Assembly: GCA_016283155.1 (NCBI GenBank) | Contig: JAEEMI010000016.1 | Span: forward strand, 44,726-108,725 | Reading direction: 5' to 3' | Source of the DNA: Clostridia bacterium | Lineage (GTDB): Bacteria > Bacillota > Clostridia > Christensenellales > UBA1242 | DNA: 64,000 nucleotides | Shown here: piece after piece, positions 8,971 through 16,840 of the stretch | Position numbering within the stretch: position 1 is the stretch's first letter | Layout of the letters: every line of letters begins with the position of its first letter | Notes under the pieces: model-generated | What the model was told of the DNA's origin: nothing | Database searches by the model: none | What the model saw: only the letters and a program-made list of their open reading frames with translations | Translations under genes and position numbers: made by a program

Positions 8971-10068
8971 TTATAACACAGACGATTGACAAATATCAAA
9001 TATATAATCAGCAATCATTTTTGCACCATCATTGCCACCGGCTTGTAATGCATTAGTTAAATACTCAGATAACATTCCATTATCTAACCACCCTTGGATT
9101 AAAGTTCGAATGGCACGTGGATTTTCACAACGTGCACCACAACGATTAGTTGTAATGTATTGATAATTTTTCGCCTCTTGACCTGGGATGTGCCCCGTTA
9201 CCACAATCGCAGCACCACTGCGAGTTCCTTCCAATAACATATTCGGACCGGCTTTGGTTAATAAAATTTGCGCCCAATGTAACAATTCAGGCATATTAGA
9301 AATAAAGCCCAAAATATTCACATTGGCCAATTGCTGATTGTTTTCTTTTTCTCGATTTAATACTTTATACAAACGTTCATCGCGTCCACACACAAAAGTA
9401 ATTTCGGCATTTTTAACCTGACTTAATTCACGTACAAAAGCCAAGTTCTTTTTTAAATTAATTGATGGATTAACCATTAAAATATGAACTTTATCGGTTA
9501 AAGATTTCGGTTGAATTGGCGGAATAATATCTTCACGGATGGGAAAACCTGAAACCTTTAATTGTTCTGGTTTGAATTTCAAACGTAAATATTGTTGGCG
9601 CACTGCTTCAGTTGGTAAAAATGTCATTTGCGCCCGTTTATCACGCCAAACTCTCGGTGGATTAACTAAATCAATCACATTAATTAAAAACGGAATTGAT
9701 AAATGATTTTTACGCAATAAACGTGAAACTGCTTTTGTGAACATTCCGTGTACAGAAATTATCACATCAGGCTGAAATGTCTTAATCTCGGCGAGTAAAC
9801 CTTTCTTAACATAATGATAAATCCAATTATGTAAAAGATTTGGAAAAATTTGGGAAAACAGGTGTGACATTTTCCACACAAACGGGTGTTTTGTAGTCAA
9901 GGGAATATAACAGTTTTCCATTTTAACACCCATTTTTCCCATCAGTGGAAAACAATTTAATTGTTTTACTTCACAACCCTGAACTGTCAGACGATGAGCT
10001 ATTGCATTAGCAGCTGACTTGTGTCCTGTTCCTGTACGTTCGGCCATTAAAATTAAAACTTTATTCAT
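8971..10068 (-). CDS. MGDG-synthase / GT28-family glycosyltransferase (UgtP-like diacylglycerol glycosyltransferase)
   Basis: 365-aa ORF. MNKVLILMAERTGTGHKSAANAI N-terminus, QPDVIISVH, and C-terminal LLTKAGPNMLLEG...GHIPGQEAKN, which parallels UgtP (ITKPGGITLTEA...PVPGQEKEN). Confidence 0.7.
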   Translation of the reverse strand: MNKVLILMAERTGTGHKSAANAIAHRLTVQGCEVKQLNCFPLMGKMGVKMENCYIPLTTKHPFVWKMSHLFSQIFPNLLHNWIYHYVKKGLLAEIKTFQPDVIISVHGMFTKAVSRLLRKNHLSIPFLINVIDLVNPPRVWRDKRAQMTFLPTEAVRQQYLRLKFKPEQLKVSGFPIREDIIPPIQPKSLTDKVHILMVNPSINLKKNLAFVRELSQVKNAEITFVCGRDERLYKVLNREKENNQQLANVNILGFISNMPELLHWAQILLTKAGPNMLLEGTRSGAAIVVTGHIPGQEAKNYQYITTNRCGARCENPRAIRTLIQGWLDNGMLSEYLTNALQAGGNDGAKMIADYIFDICQSSVL

Positions 10069-10106
10069 TGCGATTTAATCGTACTTCAAATTATTATTTG
10101 TCGCAA

Positions 10107-10385
10107 TCATTTTTCAGACAGTTGCTGAAACAATTCGGGTGGTAATTGCGTTTTAAAACTACGACAGAGACTTTTTTGTAAACTCGGACTTCTCAAACAA
10201 GCCGGACAGACATATGCCCCACGTCCGTTTAAATGTTGTTTAGTCTGCACAAAAAAGGCGCCGTTCACACGCACAACACGTGTCATATCTGTAACCGGTT
10301 GCAATTTTCGACAAACGCAACATATGCGATTGATTATTTGGTGATTATTCGCCACCGAGTGTAAATTCCTCAATGTAAGCTGCAT
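10107..10385 (-). CDS. ylxR: YlxR/RnpM (DUF448) RNA-binding protein
   Basis: RICCVCRK...MTRVVRV...NGRGAYVCP motifs. The maximal ORF runs to 10421 but overlaps nusA. The ATG at 10385 (92 aa) or the GTG at 10355 (83 aa) is more plausible; the start is uncertain. Confidence 0.7.
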   Translation of the reverse strand: MQLTLRNLHSVANNHQIINRICCVCRKLQPVTDMTRVVRVNGAFFVQTKQHLNGRGAYVCPACLRSPSLQKSLCRSFKTQLPPELFQQLSEK

Positions 10386-11472
10386 CTTCTGCATTAGCTT
10401 TTTCTTCACTCTTAACATCAATCTTCCAGCCAGTTAACTTAGCTGCTAAACGAACATTCATACCAGCTTTACCAATTGCCAAAGATAACTTGTCATTAGG
10501 AACAACTACACGCGCACGCTTTTCTTCTTCATTTGCTTCAACACGCAAAACAGTTGCCGGAGACAAAGCCGAAGCGATAAATTCCAAAGGATCTTCACTC
10601 CAAGGAATGATATCAACTTTTTCTGGACGTATTTCATCCAAAATAGCATTAATACGTGCCCCCTTGGCCCCAACACAAGCACCAATTGGATCAATATTAG
10701 CGATTAATGAAGCCACTGCAATTTTGGTACGATAACCAGCCTCACGCGCCACGGCTTTAATTTCAATCTCGCCTTTTTCAATTTCTGGAACTTCTAATTC
10801 AAACAAAACTTTAACGAATTCTGGACGAGTACGTGTTACAAAAATATCATTGGTGTAACCGATATCTTTAATTTTTGGTACATAGACTTTTACAAAATCA
10901 CCAACTTTAAAAGTTTGACCCGGAAAATTATTTCGTTCGTCCAAAATTCCTTCCAATGTACTACCAGGAATTTCTAAGAAATATTTACCGCCATCATAAC
11001 GGTTAACTTTAGCTGTAACAATTTTATCTTCACGAGTTGACATTTCTTGTAAAGCTGCATTACGGCTACGTTCTTTAATCTTTTGATTCAAAACTTGTTT
11101 CACAGCCACTGCTGCAACACGACCAAAATCCTTTGGATTTTCTTCTTGTTCCAAAACATCACCAACTTTGGCAGTTTTTTTAATTTCACGAGCTTCAGAC
11201 AAAGTAATAAATTTATCATAATCAAATGGGACAAAACCCTCTTCGTCACTATCTAACTTTTCATCTTCATCTGCCACAACAGTCTTGTAACTATAAACAC
11301 GAATTGTGTTACGTTCTGGATTTAATGCTACACGAGCATTCATTGCTTCACCGTGTGCTTTACGGAAAGCAACCGATAGTGCTTCTTCCAAATCCTTAAT
11401 AATTTCGCTGACTTCCATACCACGTTCAGTGGCCATCATATTCAACGCGACGAAAAAATCTTTTGATGTCAT
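10345..11472 (-). CDS. nusA: transcription termination/antitermination factor NusA
   Basis: 375-aa ORF. N-terminal FFVALNMMATERGMEVSEIIKDLEEALSVAFRK, then an S1 domain and two KH domains (GACVGAKGARI; LAIGKAGMNVRLAAKLTGWKIDV). AAAGGAGAA SD. Confidence 0.95.
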   Translation of the reverse strand: MTSKDFFVALNMMATERGMEVSEIIKDLEEALSVAFRKAHGEAMNARVALNPERNTIRVYSYKTVVADEDEKLDSDEEGFVPFDYDKFITLSEAREIKKTAKVGDVLEQEENPKDFGRVAAVAVKQVLNQKIKERSRNAALQEMSTREDKIVTAKVNRYDGGKYFLEIPGSTLEGILDERNNFPGQTFKVGDFVKVYVPKIKDIGYTNDIFVTRTRPEFVKVLFELEVPEIEKGEIEIKAVAREAGYRTKIAVASLIANIDPIGACVGAKGARINAILDEIRPEKVDIIPWSEDPLEFIASALSPATVLRVEANEEEKRARVVVPNDKLSLAIGKAGMNVRLAAKLTGWKIDVKSEEKANAEDAAYIEEFTLGGE

Positions 11473-11487
11473 TTTATTCTCCTTTTA

Positions 11488-11736
11488 TTATTCCCAATCC
11501 TTACCGTCGATACCTTCACTGCTGACTGACAAACTATAGTTATCTCCCAGTTCTTGATCGTTTGCATCAACGATTGGATCAATTAACCGCGTAACGGTTT
11601 CACAATCAGAATGGTTAATACCACCTTCTTTGTCGATATAGAAACATAGTTCACGATTTTTCCAAGTTACACGCAACAATTTATAACCTGCTTTGGTAAT
11701 TGCGCTTTGGCATAAATCATAAAACTTATTTTCCAT
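11488..11736 (-). CDS. rimP: ribosome maturation factor RimP, N-terminal domain only (82 aa)
   Basis: GYKLLRVTW...LCFYIDKEGGINHSDCETVTRLIDPIVD...YSLSVSSEGID matches the RimP N-domain up to the (L)EVSSPG motif. The ORF stops 8 aa later, 15 nt before nusA. Confidence 0.7.
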   Translation of the reverse strand: MENKFYDLCQSAITKAGYKLLRVTWKNRELCFYIDKEGGINHSDCETVTRLIDPIVDANDQELGDNYSLSVSSEGIDGKDWE

Positions 11737-11755
11737 TTACCGCTCCTTTAGGGTT

Positions 11756-11779
11756 AAAAAAATGGACCCGTTTGGCCCA
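11756..11779 (-). terminator. intrinsic terminator-like hairpin with U7 tract between the upstream membrane-protein gene and rimP
   Basis: Minus-strand reading is TGGGCC-AAACG-GGTCCA followed by TTTTTTT. It lies 20 nt upstream of the rimP SD. Confidence 0.55.
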
Positions 11780-11830
11780 CTTCTTTTAATTTAACACATA
11801 ATTACCTGAAATGCAACTATTTTATAATAA

Positions 11831-12370
11831 TTATTTACGCACTGCCACTACAGTTGCACAAATAGCGGATACCAAAGCACCAATTCCCAATACAAAAACA
11901 CCAACACTAGCACTGTATTCAACGCCAGTTGCAACAACATCAATGTTACCTGATAATGCTCCACAACCAATAAATGTTGTAATCATAAAAATCGCAGAAC
12001 AGGCAATTACCGCAATGCTTAATCCCAAAGTTAACCATTTTAACAAACGAAGTTTCGTAAACATTTTCACAATCAAGGAAACGACCATTATAGTTAATAA
12101 CACAGCAGTAACAATCAACATACAACGAGCAATTTCCCAACCAGACACTTCGTCATAACCTTGCCAATCATTAATTACATCAAACCATTCTGATAAACCA
12201 AGTTGTTTTGTATTGCTAAATCCAATCACAGTTCCTTTCACATTAATGAACTTACACGCTAAACCGACCAAAGCCCCCACCGCGGTTAGGACACTCACAA
12301 TAATTAATACTAAACTTGTACTATTCGCCGCTTTGCGTTTACTTCTTTTTGCCATATTATATAATAGCAT
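11831..12370 (-). CDS. hypothetical polytopic membrane protein
   Basis: 179-aa ORF with 4 predicted hydrophobic helices. No recognised family. Confidence 0.5.
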   Translation of the reverse strand: MLLYNMAKRSKRKAANSTSLVLIIVSVLTAVGALVGLACKFINVKGTVIGFSNTKQLGLSEWFDVINDWQGYDEVSGWEIARCMLIVTAVLLTIMVVSLIVKMFTKLRLLKWLTLGLSIAVIACSAIFMITTFIGCGALSGNIDVVATGVEYSASVGVFVLGIGALVSAICATVVAVRK

Positions 12371-12409
12371 AAAATTTATAATACCGTCAAACTATCTTAA
12401 CAAGTATTA

Positions 12410-13519
12410 TTAAGCTTCTCTTCCAAAATCTTGTTTTGTGTTTTGTTGATTTGAATTAATTTCAATACCTGCACTTTGTAATAGTTCCAGCAAAAAAACT
12501 TGGTTCAAAAATTTACCAATCGATAAATTTTCCGTTGGAATATTAAATTTAATTACTTCTTCTCCATTTTTTACCATTGTCTGATACTGTGGTTGCTGTA
12601 AAACACTCTGCACAGTTTCTTCAAACTTTCTTTCAACTTCACATTGTGCCGGAAAAAGAACATTCATACACAAGATACTACCATCTTCGTTTTCAATTGC
12701 CCTAATTGGTTCACACTTAAACCAGCAAGGTTTATCAGGTTCCGCGATGGTTCCATCATCAAAACGACCATTTTCATATTTTGGACGCTTACTACCTGGA
12801 TAATAACGTTCAACCATTTGTGCATTAGCTAATGGTTTACGAACATATTCCACACCTTGATAGATAAATCTAGGTAATTTTTCGAGTATAATCGGTTCGT
12901 TATTCGTTGCATTATATAAAGAATCACCATTATAACAAGCGGAAAAGCTATCAACAGAAAATGAACCAGTTTGTTGTAATTTTCCTTGTACATATAAAGA
13001 TTCCAATTTTTGAGACATAAAATTACCTGCATAAAGCCGAGGCAACGTTAATACTTTATCGCCAATTTTGATGATACCAATATCTTTTTGTTCTTTTTCA
13101 ACCGTCATTCCCACATCTGCTGGATTTTCAAACTTTACTGGAATGCCAAAAGAATGGTTTCCGGCGCGAAAAACCCGATTCGTACTTTTAATTTGCCCCT
13201 GTTCATCATTATCTGGATAAACAACATTCATTCGGAAGTCGTAAACATAATCATAAGGATAATCCAAAGCCAATTCATCATAATATCTCTTGTTACGTTT
13301 CTGGCAAACAACGGTACTTGTAAACGCATACGCATAATTCATGGTTGAGTTCAATCCGTGAAATTCTTTTGATTTATAGTGGATTCCGCCATTTTTCTTA
13401 TCATAAAAAAATTCACGTGATTTAACCCCACACGCCATAGCTAAATCCGAAGCCCAAAACAATCTTCCGTTAATCTCATCTGCAGTCGGAATTACTACTT
13501 TCAAACCATCCTTTTTCAT
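12410..13519 (-). CDS. hypothetical protein
   Basis: 369-aa ORF on the dominant strand, soluble-looking, with no motif I recognise. Confidence 0.45.
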   Translation of the reverse strand: MKKDGLKVVIPTADEINGRLFWASDLAMACGVKSREFFYDKKNGGIHYKSKEFHGLNSTMNYAYAFTSTVVCQKRNKRYYDELALDYPYDYVYDFRMNVVYPDNDEQGQIKSTNRVFRAGNHSFGIPVKFENPADVGMTVEKEQKDIGIIKIGDKVLTLPRLYAGNFMSQKLESLYVQGKLQQTGSFSVDSFSACYNGDSLYNATNNEPIILEKLPRFIYQGVEYVRKPLANAQMVERYYPGSKRPKYENGRFDDGTIAEPDKPCWFKCEPIRAIENEDGSILCMNVLFPAQCEVERKFEETVQSVLQQPQYQTMVKNGEEVIKFNIPTENLSIGKFLNQVFLLELLQSAGIEINSNQQNTKQDFGREA

Positions 13520-13600
13520 ACTCCAACTACTATACTCTTCCTAATAAAAAAATCAAGACAAATTTCAATATATTCTTTGCCTTATTCAGTTTTTAACCAC

Positions 13601-15025
13601 TTATTTACGGCGTTTCTTTAATACCACACCAACGATGCTTACAATCGCAGTAATACCTGTCACACCACTAGTTCCAATTACGGCAGCAATTAATGCTCCA
13701 TTGTTTTTAGTTTCAGTTACTGTTTCACTTGGCGTTGTTTCATTATTTTGTCCTTGATCTTCAGTTTCGGTTGGTTCCGATTGAACTTCTTCCCAGTGTG
13801 CCGTCAAGGTTATATTATCCGTTACAGGAGTATTGAAATCATATACTTCGTTACAATTGTACCAACCTTTAAAGATGTAACCATCCTTTGCAGGAGCGAT
13901 TGGTTGTTCTGCTTTCTGTCCCTTTTCGATTTGTTGGTCTGGAACAACTGATCCACCATCAACATTAAATGTTACAACATAGACATTTTCCCATTTTGCA
14001 TTCAAAGTTAAATTATCAGTTATTTGTTCGTTTTCAAAATCAAATGGTACATTTTCGTCGGTTGTATACCAATATTTGAATACACAATTATTCTTGACCG
14101 GATTAGTGGGTTTTGCAACCTTGCCATTATGTGCAACCGTAACTGTTGCAATTTCATTGCCACCATTCGTGTTGAATATTACATCATGCGCTTCAACCCA
14201 AACAGCATGTACAACTTTTGGTTCAGTAACTACAGTTTCATCGTCTAATAGTTCGTTATTTTCATCATACCAACCAACAAAAATAAAACCATCTTTTTCG
14301 GCGGGGTCATAGTTATAATGCCAAAATGGTTCACTATAATCATATTCGTATTCATCATCAATTTCGCCGTCAACCATGAATGTTACTTTGCAATATTCCA
14401 TATGCGCTTCCGGATTTGCGGCTAAAATAGCATCTAGTGACGGGTTATCATTGGAAACAATAATTTCTTCCAAACCATAACAACCATTAAAAGCATAACT
14501 GTCAATATCAGTAGCATATTCGGAAAGGTAAAATGACGAATTAACCAAGTGACAATTACGGAAAGCATCGTAACCAATCGTGGTGATGTTATAAGTATCT
14601 TCGAATTCAATTTTACAACAAAGATCAGCGAACGCATTATTTTCAATATATTCAACACTGCTCGGGACATAAATGTATGTAACCATTTCACGCACCTCAT
14701 CGGGAGCATTCCATAAAAAATCATATCCGGACCCCTTCATGATTTCAGTAACCCCATCAGGTATTTCGATATGAATTTCATCGTACCCAGACAAGAACTC
14801 TTCTGAATGTCCATCATATTCATTACAAACTACTTCTTCATAATATTGTTCCAACACCCAACCTTCAATTCCGTTACCACCAACTTGACTTCCTGATAGA
14901 TACAAAATTCGGTCATTATCAGTATCCGCACTGGCTTTTTGTCCCACCGTAAAAACCAATGTTGCCGATGCCACCACGGTTAAGACCAAGGCACTTAATA
15001 CCGCGATAATTGCTTTTTTGTTCAT
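13601..15025 (-). CDS. surface protein: BspA-type leucine-rich repeats plus Listeria-Bacteroides (Flg_new) repeats, C-terminal TM anchor
   Basis: 474-aa ORF. Signal peptide, LRR_5-like units (IENNAFADL, IGYDAFRNC, IDSYAFNGCYGLEEI), three Flg_new units (GFIFVGWYDENNELL; CVFKYWYTTDENVPFDF...LTLNAKW; GYIFKGWYNCNEVYDFNTPVTDNITLTAHW), then a TM helix followed by KKRRK. AAGGAGG SD. Confidence 0.8.
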   Translation of the reverse strand: MNKKAIIAVLSALVLTVVASATLVFTVGQKASADTDNDRILYLSGSQVGGNGIEGWVLEQYYEEVVCNEYDGHSEEFLSGYDEIHIEIPDGVTEIMKGSGYDFLWNAPDEVREMVTYIYVPSSVEYIENNAFADLCCKIEFEDTYNITTIGYDAFRNCHLVNSSFYLSEYATDIDSYAFNGCYGLEEIIVSNDNPSLDAILAANPEAHMEYCKVTFMVDGEIDDEYEYDYSEPFWHYNYDPAEKDGFIFVGWYDENNELLDDETVVTEPKVVHAVWVEAHDVIFNTNGGNEIATVTVAHNGKVAKPTNPVKNNCVFKYWYTTDENVPFDFENEQITDNLTLNAKWENVYVVTFNVDGGSVVPDQQIEKGQKAEQPIAPAKDGYIFKGWYNCNEVYDFNTPVTDNITLTAHWEEVQSEPTETEDQGQNNETTPSETVTETKNNGALIAAVIGTSGVTGITAIVSIVGVVLKKRRK

Positions 15026-15140
15026 ATTACCTCCTTAGTGGTCGGTTTCTACAGTAGTCGGTTTCCACTATATTTTACTCAAAAAAAAAAGAAAAACGCA
15101 AACGTTTTTTGAATGATTGACAAATGTTTTGTCGGCACCA

Positions 15141-15170
15141 TTGACTTTGCATAAATCATAGTGATATAAT
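15141..15170 (+). promoter_or_regulatory. sigma-A type promoter for the 15196 gene
   Basis: TTGACT (15141-15146), 18-nt spacer, TGaTATAAT extended -10 (TATAAT 15165-15170). AAAGGAG SD follows. Confidence 0.6.
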
Positions 15171-15195
15171 TCAAACCATTAAAAAAGGAGAAAAA

Positions 15196-15801
15196 ATGAA
15201 TTTCAATCGCATTATTAACCACGATTTTGTTGAATATTTAATTCAAAAAGAATCCAATCCTGAAACACAAAAAGAAAACAATGCATATCGCACAGTTTCA
15301 TATTACAAAGGTAGTGTCGGCAAAATTGATTTCAGCTTTGCAAAACCAACTGATCATATCTTATTTAATGGCAATCAAGAATTCAAGTTACCAACTGAAC
15401 ATCTAATTATCAACTCAAGCAACTTGAATCACACCCAAATTATAGCCGACAAACCATTCTCAGAAACGATTCTGCATATTATTATGAACCACAAATTTAT
15501 TGATAGTGCAGGAAAATCACATACTGGTTTTAACTCATTTATCCGTGACGTAAAGGCCTTTTTACCCAATTTAATTACCAACGACGGACAGCAACTTTTC
15601 AAATCAATCATTTTTGAAAATATGTCTGCTGATTTAGGTAAAATTATTGGTAGCGAATGTAAAAAACACAACATTGACTTCAAAATTGAAGGTAATTTTT
15701 ATAAATGTCCTGTTAAAAAAGTTAAGAATATTAACTTTGACCCCACGGTTGGCTTAAAACATATTACCAGATTACGTGATAATACCAATACATACCTATA
15801 A
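15196..15801 (+). CDS. hypothetical protein
   Basis: 201-aa ORF with a good promoter, SD and terminator. No recognised family. Confidence 0.55.
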   Translation: MNFNRIINHDFVEYLIQKESNPETQKENNAYRTVSYYKGSVGKIDFSFAKPTDHILFNGNQEFKLPTEHLIINSSNLNHTQIIADKPFSETILHIIMNHKFIDSAGKSHTGFNSFIRDVKAFLPNLITNDGQQLFKSIIFENMSADLGKIIGSECKKHNIDFKIEGNFYKCPVKKVKNINFDPTVGLKHITRLRDNTNTYL

Positions 15802-15831
15802 ATGAAATCTGGTTGTTATTGCAAACAAAAA

Positions 15832-15863
15832 CCTAATCCAAATTGTGGATTAGGTTTTCTTTT
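15832..15863 (+). terminator. rho-independent terminator of the 15196 gene
   Basis: CCTAATCCA-aattg-TGGATTAGG perfect 9-bp stem followed by TTTTCTTTTT. Confidence 0.75.
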
Positions 15864-15940
15864 TGGTGGGAGTTCACGGACTTGAACCGCGGACCGACCG
15901 GTTATGAGCCGGTTGCTCTAACCAACTGAGCTAAACTCCC
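15864..15940 (-). tRNA. tRNA with CAT anticodon (elongator Met, or Ile2 if lysidine-modified), CCA encoded
   Basis: Reverse complement is GGGAGTTTAGCTCAGTTGGTTAGAGCAACCGGCTCATAACCGGTCGGTCCGCGGTTCAAGTCCGTGAACTCCCACCA. Acceptor GGGAGTT/AACTCCC, anticodon loop CTCATAA. Confidence 0.9.
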
Positions 15941-15950
15941 GTCCAAATCA

Positions 15951-15979
15951 AATTTAACAATTTTGCGTAAAATTGTCAA
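15951..15979 (-). promoter_or_regulatory. promoter for tRNA(CAT)
   Basis: Minus-strand TTGACA-17 nt-TAAATT, ending 10 nt upstream of the mature tRNA 5' end. Confidence 0.55.
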
Positions 15980-15990
15980 TGTGATTTGTT

Positions 15991-16019
15991 TTGACAAATT
16001 AAAAACAATATTGTATAAT
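15991..16019 (+). promoter_or_regulatory. consensus promoter for tRNA-Leu
   Basis: TTGACA (15991-15996), 17 nt, TATAAT (16014-16019). The tRNA starts 11 nt further on. Confidence 0.7.
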
Positions 16020-16030
16020 TAAAAATAGTT

Positions 16031-16117
16031 GGCCGGGTGGTGAAATTGGCAGACGCGTCGGACTCAAAATCCGATATCGGCAACGATGTGTGGGTTCAAG
16101 TCCCACCCCGGCCACCA
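16031..16117 (+). tRNA. tRNA-Leu (anticodon CAA), type II, CCA encoded
   Basis: GGCCGGGTGGTGAAATTGGCAGACGCGTCGGACTCAAAATCCGATATCGGCAACGATGTGTGGGTTCAAGTCCCACCCCGGCCACCA. Anticodon stem TCGGA/TCCGA, loop CTCAAAA, long variable arm. Confidence 0.9.
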
Positions 16118-16125
16118 ACTTAACG

Positions 16126-16156
16126 AAAAACCCCGCCAAAATTGGCGAGGTTTTTT
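16126..16156. terminator. bidirectional terminator between tRNA-Leu and hsp20
   Basis: AAAAA-CCCCGCC-aaaatt-GGCGAGG-TTTTTT (one mismatch in the stem). The A-run and T-run let it act on both strands. Confidence 0.65.
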
Positions 16157-16179
16157 CATATCATTGGGGTTAAAATATT

Positions 16180-16668
16180 TTATTTAATCTCAATTTGATG
16201 ACGTGCAGGTTTGTTTTCTTTCGGAATCGAAATTGACAACACACCGTGATTCAAGGCTGCATTAATTTTGCTTTCATCAATTTCTCCGACATAGAAACTA
16301 CGCGAACACGCGCTGGCAACACGTTCACGACGCAAAAATTTGCCACGGTTTTGGCTATTATCCGTTTTATTCGCTGCAACTGTTAAATAGCCGTTTTCAA
16401 AACTGATGTTCAAATCGCCACGTTCAAAACCCGGCACTTCAATTTTGAATTCGTAACCATTTTCAGTTTCTTCAATATCGGTACGCATCATATTTTGCAA
16501 CTGGCTCATTTCCTTGCGGAACGGACGATCAAAGAAGAATTCGTCCCACAGTGGGTGAAACAACCCTGATCCAAAATCATTGTACAACGATAGTTCGCGC
16601 TCCCCTTTGTCTTGATGATTTTTCATTTTTTCTTCCTCCTTTTTGTTTTTTTCTTCGTAGTTTTTCAT
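16180..16668 (-). CDS. Hsp20/alpha-crystallin family small heat-shock protein
   Basis: 162-aa ORF. MRTDIEETENGYEFKIEVPGFERGDLNISFENGYLTVAA...FLRRERVASACSRSFYVGEID...LNHGVLSISIPKE. GGGAGGGG SD. Confidence 0.9.
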   Translation of the reverse strand: MKNYEEKNKKEEEKMKNHQDKGERELSLYNDFGSGLFHPLWDEFFFDRPFRKEMSQLQNMMRTDIEETENGYEFKIEVPGFERGDLNISFENGYLTVAANKTDNSQNRGKFLRRERVASACSRSFYVGEIDESKINAALNHGVLSISIPKENKPARHQIEIK

Positions 16669-16727
16669 ATTTTTCCCCTCCCTTTATTTTATGTTTTTTG
16701 AATAACTTTATTCGTTATTCTGCTACT

Positions 16728-16756
16728 GTTATATACCTAATTGCTAGCAATGTCAA
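16728..16756 (-). promoter_or_regulatory. hsp20 promoter
   Basis: Minus-strand TTGACA-17 nt-TATAAC, about 55 nt upstream of the start codon. Confidence 0.55.
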
Positions 16757-16770
16757 CTGTTTATTGCTAA
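16744..16770 (-). promoter_or_regulatory. CIRCE-like inverted repeat (candidate HrcA operator) overlapping the hsp20 -35
   Basis: Minus-strand TTAGCAATA-N9-CATTGCTAG compared with the CIRCE consensus TTAGCACTC-N9-GAGTGCTAA. 7/9 and 6/9 arm matches, correct 9-nt spacer, arms 7/9 self-complementary. Confidence 0.4.
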
Positions 16771-16782
16771 TTTTTTAAGAAT

Positions 16783-16818
16783 AAAAACAGCCCCTCAAAA
16801 ACTGGGACTGTTTTTTTT
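16783..16818 (-). terminator. terminator downstream of the NTPase gene
   Basis: AAAAACAGCCCC-tcaaaaact-GGGACTGTTTTTTTT. An 8-bp stem with one mismatch, with A and T runs on both sides. Confidence 0.6.
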
Positions 16819-16840
16819 GTAAGCTAATTTTAATCAAAAA

